DNA of 64,000 bases from Hydrocarboniphaga sp. (GTDB taxonomy: Bacteria > Pseudomonadota > Gammaproteobacteria > Nevskiales > Nevskiaceae), in contig NZ_JAQGNT010000062.1 of the NCBI RefSeq assembly GCF_028291725.1, forward strand, positions 2,966 through 66,965. Reading direction: 5' to 3'. Of this stretch, positions 29,625 through 40,163 are shown in pieces. Position 1 is the first letter of the stretch; the number at the start of each line of letters is the position of its first letter. The position numbers and the translations under genes are program-made. The notes under the pieces were generated by a model, which saw nothing but the letters and a program-made list of their open reading frames with translations, was not told the origin of the DNA and did not search any database.

Positions 29625-29960
29625 ATGAAGAATCTGTCCTCAGCCGCCGACGTCGGCGCCGCGCGCGAAAATCTCGCCAGCGATTTCCATTCACTCGTCA
29701 ATCATGCCGAAGAACTGCTGCATGCGACGACTTCGCTTTCCAATGAGACCGTCGATATGGCGCGGCAGAAACTCAACGACAGTCTGCGTCAGGTGAAAGC
29801 GCAGATCGGCCCGGTGCGCGACGCCGCTTACGAGCGCGGCAAGCTGGCGGTCGATACTGCGGTGACGTTCGCGCGCGAGCGCCCGTGGCAGACCGCTGCA
29901 ATCGTCTGCCTCGCGGCACTCACCATCGGCTTCATCGGCAGTCTCGGCAGCAGGAAGTAA
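29625..29960 (+). CDS. DUF883 (ElaB/YqjD) family protein
   Basis: Helical N-terminus, ERPWQTAAI, C-terminal TM; AGGAG RBS. Confidence 0.85.
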   Translation: MKNLSSAADVGAARENLASDFHSLVNHAEELLHATTSLSNETVDMARQKLNDSLRQVKAQIGPVRDAAYERGKLAVDTAVTFARERPWQTAAIVCLAALTIGFIGSLGSRK

Positions 29961-30551
29961 ATGTCCGAGCCGCAGCCGCAGCAGAACGTCTCCGGGAAGC
30001 TGCAGGGCCTGGCGCAAGCCTTCCTGCAGTACGCCCGCGCGCGCGTCGATCTGCTGCAGCACGAATGGCGACAGGAGCAATCGCGGCTGTTGGGCCAGTT
30101 GGCACGTACCGGTATTTTCGCGCTCGGTGCGCTGATCAGCTTGCAGCTGATCTGCGCGTTCGTGCTGATCGCGTTCTGGGATACACCCTGGCGCCTGCAT
30201 GCGGCCGGCGGACTCGTGCTGTTGTTCGGCAGCGTTACCGGCCTGGCCTGGCGCGGCATGCAGGGCGGTCGCGATCACGACAGCCAGGCGTTCTCCAGCA
30301 CCATCGCCGCGTTCGACAAGGATCGGGAAATCTTCGATCGGCTGGCCGAGTTGCGCGACGAGGCCAAGAAGCCCGGGGAGCGCGCGCCGCCGTCACCGTC
30401 CGCGATCCCGGTCAGCCTTGCCGCGGCGAGGACGATCCCCGAGCCGACGCGATATTCCGACTCCGGCCGGTCCGCTGCGCATACGATCGAGCCGGCGCCA
30501 CCGGCATCCCGAGCCAACGGCGCATCGACGCCGGCATCATCTCGCTCCTGA
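29961..30551 (+). CDS. YqjE-like (phage holin family) membrane protein
   Basis: RVDLLQHEW.QE, two TMs, FSSTIAAFDKDRE; typical position after yqjD. Confidence 0.75.
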   Translation: MSEPQPQQNVSGKLQGLAQAFLQYARARVDLLQHEWRQEQSRLLGQLARTGIFALGALISLQLICAFVLIAFWDTPWRLHAAGGLVLLFGSVTGLAWRGMQGGRDHDSQAFSSTIAAFDKDREIFDRLAELRDEAKKPGERAPPSPSAIPVSLAAARTIPEPTRYSDSGRSAAHTIEPAPPASRANGASTPASSRS

Positions 30552-30558
30552 GGAAGAC

Positions 30559-30963
30559 ATGAGCCCCGCAACATCAGAAAAAGTGCCGGACGCAGTGCCC
30601 GCCCAATCGCTTTCCGACGCGGAACTGATCGCCAGACTGGATCGCAGCCGCAACGAGCTGATGGAAGCCGCGGGTGCGCTGCAAAAGCCGCTGCATACGG
30701 TGCAACGCGTCGAGAACCTGATGCGCACGGTATTGCCGCTCCTGCCGTATGCGGTGGCGGCCATCGCCGTGCTCGGCGTCGCCAGCTCGCTGCGCAGCGG
30801 CCGCAAGCTCAGACCGGTGCTGCTGATCGCCACCGGCCTGGATGTGTGGCGACTGTGGAAGAGTTACAAGCTGACTGCGGCCCTGCCCTCGCCGGGATCG
30901 GCGTCGGTGCACGCCACCCGTCGACCGGATAGCGCGCAGACGCGCACGACCGGTTATCCCTGA
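30559..30963 (+). CDS. YqjK-like membrane protein
   Basis: Third gene of the yqjDEK-type cluster; RLDRSRNEL, TM, WRLW. Confidence 0.65.
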   Translation: MSPATSEKVPDAVPAQSLSDAELIARLDRSRNELMEAAGALQKPLHTVQRVENLMRTVLPLLPYAVAAIAVLGVASSLRSGRKLRPVLLIATGLDVWRLWKSYKLTAALPSPGSASVHATRRPDSAQTRTTGYP

Positions 30964-30976
30964 GGAGGATCGAACA

Positions 30977-31201
30977 ATGAGTTTCTGGACCACAAGCAAA
31001 ACCGTGCTGGCGCTGGTGTCGATCGGCATCCTGATGACGCCGGTACTGCGCCGCCTCGGCTACCTGCCACCGGAAAACAGCGAAGCACCGGCCGGCGACG
31101 AAGCCGCCGGCGGCAACCAGACCGGCGCTGCCGATGCCGCCCCACCGGAATTGAACCTGCCGCACAACGGCAGCGGCGGCGAAAGCGCTCCGCGTCACTA
31201 A
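30977..31201 (+). CDS. small membrane-anchored hypothetical protein
   Basis: GAGGAGG RBS, N-terminal hydrophobic helix. Confidence 0.6.
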   Translation: MSFWTTSKTVLALVSIGILMTPVLRRLGYLPPENSEAPAGDEAAGGNQTGAADAAPPELNLPHNGSGGESAPRH

Positions 31202-31214
31202 GGATGCCACGCGG

Positions 31215-32576
<1,362 letters not shown>

Positions 32577-32669
32577 CTTTTCACGACTCCGTACTTGGGC
32601 TGCGCCGTCGATGCGGCGCTGAGCATTATGGCATTGGGCTAATCCGATCCAGCGCTCAGCGCCCCGCGC

Positions 32670-32790
32670 TGCAAATCAGCCTGCACGCCATTTTGTCCTT
32701 GCAAGCTGCACGCCGGATGAAGCACATGCAAAGAGGCACCCTAACAACAACAAGCACTTAGTTCGGATCTGCCGCTGGCACGAAGCGTGA
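32670..32790 (+). promoter_or_regulatory. TGCA boxes + IHF-like site + non-canonical sigma54 promoter
   Basis: TGCAA...CTGCACGCC twice (32670-32714), CAACAAGCACTTA (32748-32760), TGGCACG-AAGC-GTGA (-12 is GA, not GC). Confidence 0.45.
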
Positions 32791-32800
32791 GACAAGCAGA

Positions 32801-32882
32801 GCGTAGTCCCCCAGGTCGCGTTCACCGACCCGTACGCGACCTAAGCCCGCTAAGGGGCGGAGCCTCCTCCGCCCCTTTTTTT
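32801..32882 (+). ncRNA. candidate sRNA ending in an intrinsic terminator
   Basis: 5' GUAGUCCCCC, 9-bp hairpin at 32813-32842, GGGGCGGAG/CUCCGCCCC stem + U7. No upstream same-strand gene for this terminator. Confidence 0.55.
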
Positions 32883-33052
32883 GCCCGCGATTCGGCGCGT
32901 CGATGCAGTTGACGCAGGCGGCCTGCAAACTGCGCGGGCTGACGCTTCCGTATCGGCGATTCGCAGGCGTTCCAGGCGATGCGCGCTCTAAAAAAGTCCA
33001 TCAGAACAGATGACTAGGCTCCGGCACGGAGCTTGAGGCGAGAGCTGCGCCC

Positions 33053-33460
33053 ATGCGCACGTCTATCGCCACTGCCGAGATCCCTAGCCGTACCGCGACC
33101 CAGCTGACGGCAGGACTGCTGTCAGCCGCCGCCATTGCCGATGGCATGTATCTGCTGGCCGGATGGCCGCTGCCGGACATAGCGGCATTCTGGCTGTTGA
33201 ACCTGTATCTGCTGACCGGCCTGCTGCTGCTGCCGCTGCTGCTGCAAGGTCGCCGGCGCGCCGTGCCACGGCTCGTTGCAATGGCACTGTGCGCCGCCAG
33301 CCTGGGCACGCGCCTGGGCAGCAGCGCGGCAGTGGATGCGTCGGGCCTGCCTCATCTGCTGCTGATGATGGCGGCGCTGCTGAATCTGAGACCGTTATCA
33401 CTGGTGCCCGGCCCGCTCGTCGCCGACCGCTCCGCCACCGTATCGAACATCCAGAACTGA
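33053..33460 (+). CDS. hypothetical four-TM membrane protein
   Basis: Hydrophobic ORF preceded by a sigma54-like CGGCACG-GAGC-TTGA at 33022-33036. Confidence 0.55.
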   Translation: MRTSIATAEIPSRTATQLTAGLLSAAAIADGMYLLAGWPLPDIAAFWLLNLYLLTGLLLLPLLLQGRRRAVPRLVAMALCAASLGTRLGSSAAVDASGLPHLLLMMAALLNLRPLSLVPGPLVADRSATVSNIQN

Positions 33461-33498
33461 AGGACAAGGCGCAGTGCCAGGTTCGACTCGGCGTTTTG

Positions 33499-33554
33499 GA
33501 TTCATCGAGATTACATATCGCTTTCACGAAGCCGCCACATCGGACACCTAAGAT
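33499..33554 (+). promoter_or_regulatory. Pho-box-like array and -10 element
   Basis: Heptamers GATTCAT, ATTACAT, CTTTCAC and CCGCCAC at exact 11-bp spacing; TAAGAT 10 bp after the last. Confidence 0.55.
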
Positions 33555-33613
33555 CACTTTGGGCGCGACTTTTTTGCGTCACGGTATCGTAACGTCCAGG
33601 CTGACAACTGATC

Positions 33614-35323
33614 GTGGAAAATGAGCAATACGTCGTCGCCGTCCTGATCGGGCTTGTTCTGCTCCGCTTGCTGGCCCGACGTCTCCGCCTGTCTCTCGCC
33701 AAACACCCCTCATTGCGCGGTCACGCGAAGATGTCGCGCCGGGTCGCCGCGCTGCTCAGCTTTTTCGACTACGACGCGGAACGCTATTTCAGCAGCGATC
33801 TCGCTCCTGCCGAAGTCGCAGCGCAGCGACGCTCCGGCATGGAACGTCTGCGGCAACAAGTCGTCGCCAGGTCGCCGACGACCCTGGCTTTCTGTGAATC
33901 GCTGGAAAGCAGCATCTCGGATGTGCAGTTCACCAGCCAGCACCGGGTTCCCTTTCCATACCGCAACCTGCTTCCGCAGGAATTGAAAAGCGGCAGCGCG
34001 GTAACGCGCTCGCAGGAAACCCGCGTCTGCGATCTGGACGGAAACTGGCGCTACGACGTTTCCGGTTCCTACGGGGTCAACGTATTTGGCTATGACTTCT
34101 ACAAGGAATGCCTGAGCGAGGGCTATTCGGCAGCCGCCGACCTGGGCGCCGTTCTCGGCCCCTATCATCCGGCAATCCGCGAAAACGTCACCGCGCTCAA
34201 GGCAATATCCGGCCTGGACGAAGTGTCGTTCCACATGTCCGGTACCGAAGCGGTGATGCAGGCGGTGCGCCTCGCGCGCTATCACACCGGCAAGACCCAT
34301 CTGGTCAGACTGTGCGGCGCGTATCACGGCTGGTGGGATGGTGTGCAGCCCGGCGTCGGCAATCAGCGCCGCGTCAACGATGTCTACACGCTGGCGGATC
34401 TGAGCCCTCGCACACTGCAGGTGCTGGAGACCCGGAACGATATCGCCTGCGTGCTGATCAATCCGCTGCAGGCGCTACATCCGAACGCGGACGCACCCGG
34501 CGACGCGACCCTGGTCAGCAGCGATCGAAGCACCGCGTTCGACCGCGCAAACTATTCGCGCTGGCTCGCGAGCATCCGCGACATCTGCACGCGGCGCGGA
34601 ATCGTGCTGATCTTCGACGAGGTGTTCACTGGGTTTCGGCTCGCTTATCGCGGCGCCCAGGACTACTTTTCGATTCAGGCCGACATGGTCACCTACGGCA
34701 AGACTTTGGGTGGAGGCTTGCCGGTCGGCGTGCTCTGCGGCCGCGCGGCCCTGATGAAACGTTTCAAGGAAGCGCAGCCTGCCAACATCTCTTTCGCGCG
34801 CGGCACCTTCAACTCGCATCCGTACGTGATGACCTGCATGGCGGCATTTCTTCAGCGGGTCCGCCTCCCGCAATACCAGGAACTCTATGCGCAGGCCGAT
34901 ACGCTGTGGAACACCCGGGTCGAAAACCTCAACCGGGATCTGGCCGGCGCGGAGCTGCCGGTACGGCTCGCCAATCTGCACAGCATTCTGACCATCCTTT
35001 ACACAGCACCATCGCGCTACAACTGGATGCTGCAATTCTACCTGCGCGCCGAAAGCCTGGAGCTCAGCTGGGTCGGTAGCGGGCGGATGATCATGAGCCT
35101 GAACTATTCAGACCGCGACTTCGCCGAAGTGGCAAGGCGCTTTCAGCGCGCCGCGCAGCAGATGAAAAACGACGGCTGGTGGTGGAGCGCGCCGCATCTG
35201 AGCAATCAGTGGATCAAGCATCAGATGCTGAAGGACATGCTGGCATACCGTTTCAAATGGCTGACCGGCAAGCGCGAGGCATCGGCAAACGGTGCACCGA
35301 CGGCGATCGGGGAAAGCCGCTGA
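33614..35323 (+). CDS. membrane-anchored class-III PLP aminotransferase/aminomutase (GSA-AM-like)
   Basis: N-terminal TM, SGTEAVMQAVRLAR, GAYHGW, LIFDEVFTGFR, TYGKTLGGGLP (PLP Lys), GTFN. Confidence 0.85.
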   Translation: MENEQYVVAVLIGLVLLRLLARRLRLSLAKHPSLRGHAKMSRRVAALLSFFDYDAERYFSSDLAPAEVAAQRRSGMERLRQQVVARSPTTLAFCESLESSISDVQFTSQHRVPFPYRNLLPQELKSGSAVTRSQETRVCDLDGNWRYDVSGSYGVNVFGYDFYKECLSEGYSAAADLGAVLGPYHPAIRENVTALKAISGLDEVSFHMSGTEAVMQAVRLARYHTGKTHLVRLCGAYHGWWDGVQPGVGNQRRVNDVYTLADLSPRTLQVLETRNDIACVLINPLQALHPNADAPGDATLVSSDRSTAFDRANYSRWLASIRDICTRRGIVLIFDEVFTGFRLAYRGAQDYFSIQADMVTYGKTLGGGLPVGVLCGRAALMKRFKEAQPANISFARGTFNSHPYVMTCMAAFLQRVRLPQYQELYAQADTLWNTRVENLNRDLAGAELPVRLANLHSILTILYTAPSRYNWMLQFYLRAESLELSWVGSGRMIMSLNYSDRDFAEVARRFQRAAQQMKNDGWWWSAPHLSNQWIKHQMLKDMLAYRFKWLTGKREASANGAPTAIGESR

Positions 35324-35324
35324 C

Positions 35325-38027
35325 ATGGCCGGTCGAACCAGTCTTCAGCATGCGACTTTCCGCGACGATCTGCACGCGGAGTTCAAGCGCTACCTGATGG
35401 CGGAAAGTGCCCGCTTCGATCGGGCCGAATGCCTACGCATCGATTTCCACTGCCATGATCACAACAGCGACGTACCCGACGAGCTCTGGGGACGCATTCT
35501 CGGCTTGCCGGAAACCTGGCTGAAGACGAGCAAATTGGTGAAGTGCCTGCAAGGCAACGGCAGCGACGTGCTGACCATCACCAATCACAACAACGCACGC
35601 TCGTGCTGGAAACTGCTGGAAAAAGGCCTAGACGTGCTCGTCGGCGCGGAGTTCACCTGCTTCTTCCCGGGCCACGATCTCTATCTGCACGTGCTCACCT
35701 ATGGCTTCACGCCGGAGCAGGAAGCCGTCCTGAACCGCAAGCGCGCCGACGTCTACGATTTTCTGCGCTATGCCGCCGAGCACGATATCCCGGTCATACA
35801 ACCGCACCCGCTGTATCTCTATACCCGGCAGCCGGGCATCAATCCGGAGCTGTACGAAAAGCTGGCGCTGCTGTTCCAGAACTTCGAAGTGCTCAACGGG
35901 CAGCGTGATGTCTGGCAAAGCGTACTAACGCTGCACTGGGCGCAGGGCCTGACCGAAGAGAAGCTGCGGCGCTACAGCCGCAAGCACGGTATCGATGCTA
36001 CGGATTTCGGCGTTTCGATCGAGCGCGCCAAAACACTGACCGGCGGTTCCGATGACCACATGGGACTTTCCGCCGGGCAATGCGGATCGTCGCTGTGGGT
36101 TCCTGATCTGGCGCGGCGGCTGCGGGATACCGCAGCGTCGACTCTCGCTCTCGAAGCCCTGCGCGCGGGCCGGGTCGCTCCCTTCGGGGACGTCGGAGAG
36201 AACCAGAAGCTCAACATCGCGTTGCTGGACTACTTTGCCCAGGCCGCGACACGCATCGAAGATCCGGGCTTGCTGCGGATGCTGTTCCACCGCGGCGAAC
36301 TCAAGGACAAGGTCGCCTGCTTCGCCGTGGCCAATGCACTGCTGGAGCTGAAGAAGCACAAAAAGACGCAGATGTTCGTGTCCTTCGTACACGACGCGCT
36401 TCACGGCAAGAAGCCGGACTGGCTGGTTCGATGGAACGTGTCGAAAGACTACCGGTTCTGCGTCAAACACCTGGAAAAGATCGCCGACAGCCGCAGAGAC
36501 GCACCGGACCAGTTCGTCCCAGCGGTAAACGAGGCCGTCGCCGACATGTTCCGGGGACTCAGCAAGCTCGCGATCAAACGCCTGCGTGCCTCGATTCCGA
36601 AGTCGGACGATCTGCTGAGCGACCTTTCGACCGAGTCGCTGATCCGCAGCTTCGAGATACCGAGTCAGCTCAGCGCCATGCTGCTGGGCTCTACGGCAAG
36701 CGGCAAGAAGTCCGGCAAGCTGGATTTCAAAGAGCTGCTCGACCAGCTTGCGTTTCCGGCGCTGATCGGCGTGGTGCTGGCCGGCGCCCAGTTCGCCAGT
36801 ACTCGGGCGCTCTACGAGAACCGCGAATTTCTGAATACCTTCGCCCGCCAGCTGGGCCGCAGTCAGCATCCGCAACGCGCGCTGTATCTCACGGACACGC
36901 TGCGCGACAAGAATGGCGTATCCAATTCACTGTCCGGAAAACTGGCCGAGATCCAGCGCAAGGATCTGCCGATCGATTTTCTGATCTGCCACGCGGACGC
37001 CGCGCCCGAACCACAGCTCCATGTGGTTCAGCCACTGGCCGAGTTCAGTTTCCCGAAGTTGGCGGAGCAGACCTTCCGCATACCGGACCTGCTGGAAATC
37101 GCCAACATCTTCTACCGCGGAGGCTACGACCGCATCGTCTGCTCCACCGAGGGCCCGATGGTCGTCGTCGCGCTGTTCCTGAAGCACATGTTCAATGTGC
37201 CTGCGCATTTCTTCATGCACACCGACTGGATGGATTTCCTGCGCCACACCACCGATCTGAATCAGCACGAACGCGACCGCATCCGGCGCCTGCTAAGGAC
37301 GCTCTACCACCAGTTCGACAGCGTATTCGTGCTCAATTCCGATCATCGCGCCTGGCTGACCGGTCACGAGATGGGGCTTGCAGAAAGCGCCGTGCATCTG
37401 ACGGCGCATCACACCGAACCCGCGACCTTCAACGTCGTCGCGACGCGCAAGTCCGAGCTGATTCCGGGTGCCAACGCCAGTACTCCGGTGCTGTTTACCG
37501 CATGCCGAATCAGCAAGGAGAAGGGCGTACTGGAACTGCCCGAGATCTATCACCAGGCCCGGCTTGCGATTCCTGATCTGAAGCTGGTGATTGCCGGCTC
37601 CGGTCCCGCGGAGAGCAAGCTTCGCAAAGCCCTGCCGGAAGCCACGTTCCTCGGCTGGGTCGACCGCCAGCAGCTCGCGCAGCTGTACGCAGGCCTGGAC
37701 CTGTTCGTCTTCCCATCGAAGTTCGACACCTTCGGCAACGTCATTCTCGAAGCATTTTCACAGGGCATGCCAGTGCTGGCCTACAACTGCAAGGGCCCGA
37801 AGGACATTATCCAGAATGGCCGCAACGGCTATCTGGTGGACAGCATCGACGCGATGTCCGAGCGCATCGTGCAGCATTTCGAGAGCCGCGAACGCCATGC
37901 CGCGATGCGGCGCGAAGCCCTCAAGCGCGTTGCGGACTACCAGGCCGAACCGATCATGCGCCAGTTCCTGCAGGACCTCGGGCTGCAAGGGCCCGCGGAG
38001 AGGGTCGCACAGCGGACCGCGGCCTGA
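35325..38027 (+). CDS. PHP phosphoesterase-GT4 glycosyltransferase fusion
   Basis: PHP motifs DFHCH, TITNHN, GAEF, PHP, EVLNG, GGSDDH. GT4 motifs RISKEK and FPSKFDTFGNVILEA. Confidence 0.85.
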   Translation: MAGRTSLQHATFRDDLHAEFKRYLMAESARFDRAECLRIDFHCHDHNSDVPDELWGRILGLPETWLKTSKLVKCLQGNGSDVLTITNHNNARSCWKLLEKGLDVLVGAEFTCFFPGHDLYLHVLTYGFTPEQEAVLNRKRADVYDFLRYAAEHDIPVIQPHPLYLYTRQPGINPELYEKLALLFQNFEVLNGQRDVWQSVLTLHWAQGLTEEKLRRYSRKHGIDATDFGVSIERAKTLTGGSDDHMGLSAGQCGSSLWVPDLARRLRDTAASTLALEALRAGRVAPFGDVGENQKLNIALLDYFAQAATRIEDPGLLRMLFHRGELKDKVACFAVANALLELKKHKKTQMFVSFVHDALHGKKPDWLVRWNVSKDYRFCVKHLEKIADSRRDAPDQFVPAVNEAVADMFRGLSKLAIKRLRASIPKSDDLLSDLSTESLIRSFEIPSQLSAMLLGSTASGKKSGKLDFKELLDQLAFPALIGVVLAGAQFASTRALYENREFLNTFARQLGRSQHPQRALYLTDTLRDKNGVSNSLSGKLAEIQRKDLPIDFLICHADAAPEPQLHVVQPLAEFSFPKLAEQTFRIPDLLEIANIFYRGGYDRIVCSTEGPMVVVALFLKHMFNVPAHFFMHTDWMDFLRHTTDLNQHERDRIRRLLRTLYHQFDSVFVLNSDHRAWLTGHEMGLAESAVHLTAHHTEPATFNVVATRKSELIPGANASTPVLFTACRISKEKGVLELPEIYHQARLAIPDLKLVIAGSGPAESKLRKALPEATFLGWVDRQQLAQLYAGLDLFVFPSKFDTFGNVILEAFSQGMPVLAYNCKGPKDIIQNGRNGYLVDSIDAMSERIVQHFESRERHAAMRREALKRVADYQAEPIMRQFLQDLGLQGPAERVAQRTAA

Positions 38028-38030
38028 ACC

Positions 38031-38960
38031 ATGACCACCATCCTGCAATCTCTGAGTCAGCATGAACAGCTCAATTTCCTGCTGACGAATCGAATTCCGC
38101 GACGCGCCCTGACCCAGTTCATGGGCTGGTACAGCCGTATCGAGAATCGCTCGCTGACGCGTGCGTCCTTGCGCCTGTGGCGGACGTTTGCCGCGGACCT
38201 GGATTTGGAGGAAGCCGAGCAGCGCGAATTTGCGAGCCTGCACGACTGCTTCACCCGGCGCCTGAAGCCAGGCGCCCGTACCATCGATGCGCGAGCGGAT
38301 ATCGTTGTAAGCCCCTGCGATGCCATCGTCGGAGAATGCGGCAGCATCGACGGAACCCGGGTGTTTCAGGCCAAGGGCTTCCCCTATGAACTCGGCGAGC
38401 TGATGCCCGATACCGGGCTGCAAGAGCGGTATCGCAACGGCCGCTACGTCACGCTGCGGCTGAAATCCAGCATGTATCACCGCTTTCATGCGCCGGTGGC
38501 GTGCACAGTCGACGACATCACTTACATCTCGGGCGACACCTGGAACGTCAATCCCGTCGCCCTCAGGCGCATCGAAAAGCTCTACTGCCGCAACGAGCGC
38601 GCGGTGGTTCCGCTCAGCCAGTTGGCGACAGCCGGCAGCGTGTGCTTAGTTCCGGTTGCCGCGATTCTGGTGGCCAGTATGAAGTTCCACTGCCTGCCCG
38701 ACGATCTCGATTTGCACTACCAGGGCCCGAACCGCATCCGCTGTTCCGCGCGCTACAAAAAGGGCGAAGAAATGGGCTATTTCCAGCATGGTTCGACGAT
38801 CATCGTGTTCGCAACTTCAAACTACCTGCTGTCGGCGGGCGTATGCCAGGGCCAGACCATTCGCATGGGCCAGGCGCTGCTGACCGACACAGCCGCCGCC
38901 GCGCAGCAGCGGGCATCGAACCATTCAGAAGAATCGCCCAGCCGTGAAACGCTGGACTGA
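38031..38960 (+). CDS. psd: phosphatidylserine decarboxylase-family proenzyme
   Basis: FTRRLKPGAR, SPCD, YHRFHAP, RNER, self-cleavage site GYFQHGSTII. Confidence 0.85.
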   Translation: MTTILQSLSQHEQLNFLLTNRIPRRALTQFMGWYSRIENRSLTRASLRLWRTFAADLDLEEAEQREFASLHDCFTRRLKPGARTIDARADIVVSPCDAIVGECGSIDGTRVFQAKGFPYELGELMPDTGLQERYRNGRYVTLRLKSSMYHRFHAPVACTVDDITYISGDTWNVNPVALRRIEKLYCRNERAVVPLSQLATAGSVCLVPVAAILVASMKFHCLPDDLDLHYQGPNRIRCSARYKKGEEMGYFQHGSTIIVFATSNYLLSAGVCQGQTIRMGQALLTDTAAAAQQRASNHSEESPSRETLD

Positions 38961-38994
38961 ACGCGCACCTCGCCATCATCATCCGGAGCCTGCC

Positions 38995-39609
38995 ATGACC
39001 TTTCTCGAAGAGCTGCACCAGCAACGCTGGGACGACCACCGCTACTACCATCACAGCCGGATCAACCAGACCCTGCATCTGGTCAGCGCCAGCTGCTTTC
39101 TGGTCAGTTACGTGCTGCTGTTCATCAACCCGGTACTGGCCGTCATGGTGGGCTGGTTGCTGGCGATGATCCTGCGCCAGATCGGCCACTTCTTCTTCGA
39201 GCCCAAAACCTACGACGAGGTCAACCACGCCAGCCATCAGTTCAAGGAGAGCGTGAAAGTCGGCTACAACCTGCAGCGCAAGATCGTGCTGCTGAGCATC
39301 TGGATTCTGGTGCCGATGGTGCTCTATGCCGAGCCCTCGTTCTTCGGATTCTTCGATTCGGCAGAAATAAATCGCGGACTGGTCTACAACACCTCGGTGC
39401 TATGGCTAATCGTCGGCATCGGCGCGGTGCTGTTTCGCACGGTCCAGCTGTTTTTCCTGAAGGGCGTGCAATCCGGTTTGGTGTGGTGCACGAAAATTCT
39501 CACCGACCCTTTCCACGACATCAAGATCTACCATCGCGCGCCGTATTTCATCGCCAAGGGCGCGATGTACGACGATATGAAGGAATGGTATTCCGAGCGT
39601 CCGGTCTAA
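38995..39609 (+). CDS. His-rich integral membrane protein (Mpo1/DUF962-like)
   Basis: YYHHSRINQTLH, RQIGHFFFE, four TMs, DPFHD. Confidence 0.75.
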   Translation: MTFLEELHQQRWDDHRYYHHSRINQTLHLVSASCFLVSYVLLFINPVLAVMVGWLLAMILRQIGHFFFEPKTYDEVNHASHQFKESVKVGYNLQRKIVLLSIWILVPMVLYAEPSFFGFFDSAEINRGLVYNTSVLWLIVGIGAVLFRTVQLFFLKGVQSGLVWCTKILTDPFHDIKIYHRAPYFIAKGAMYDDMKEWYSERPV

Positions 39610-39656
39610 GATGTACTTGCCAGCGTCTCGATCCAGGTGCGCCGATCAATAGCGCG

Positions 39657-40163
39657 ATGACGACGCTGGTGATGCTGCCCGGTCTGGACGGAACCGAGGT
39701 CACCGCGACCATCCTGTGTGCCTCATTCGTCACAGCGCCGCATCCCGGACTGATCCCTTTCCGCGGCGTGCTTCGGTCGCCGCTGGTGGCCGTCGTTCGC
39801 GCGATACGACGCAGCCGCCTGCTGATCCCGGGTTATGCCAGCAAGGAATTGCGCCAGGCCAAGGCCAGGACCTGGAGACGTGTGGGCTCCACGGCGCTCG
39901 CGGCACGCTCAAGGGCGGTACTGCAGGTCGATGCTCGGCCGCAGCTGCAGTCGTGCCGTGCTCCACTGCTGTATCTGGTATCGACACACGACGAAGTGGT
40001 AGGCCGGTCCAGCCTGGATCAGATCCGGACGCTCGCCCCGCAGGCGCGGGTCGAGCAGATCGAGGGCAAGCATCTCGCACTCTTCACTCACCCGCGTACC
40101 GCGGCCGCCAGCATCACGGGGTTCTTGTCGGGTCGGGACGAGACCTGCGGAGCGCCCGCATGA
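39657..40163 (+). pseudogene. alpha/beta hydrolase lacking its nucleophile region
   Basis: LPGLDGT is joined directly to ..ILCASFV; C-terminal D and H (EGKHL) remain, no GxSxG. Confidence 0.6.

Noticed and set aside
29961..30551. Phage holin indicating a prophage
   Set aside because: It is the YqjE-type member of a yqjDEK cluster; no phage genes are nearby.
33478..33492. GGTTCGACTC resembling a tRNA T-loop
   Set aside because: No T-stem, cloverleaf or CCA end around it.
33614..35323. Calling this gene hemL
   Set aside because: It has an N-terminal TM, is much longer than HemL and sits in a lipid-gene context.
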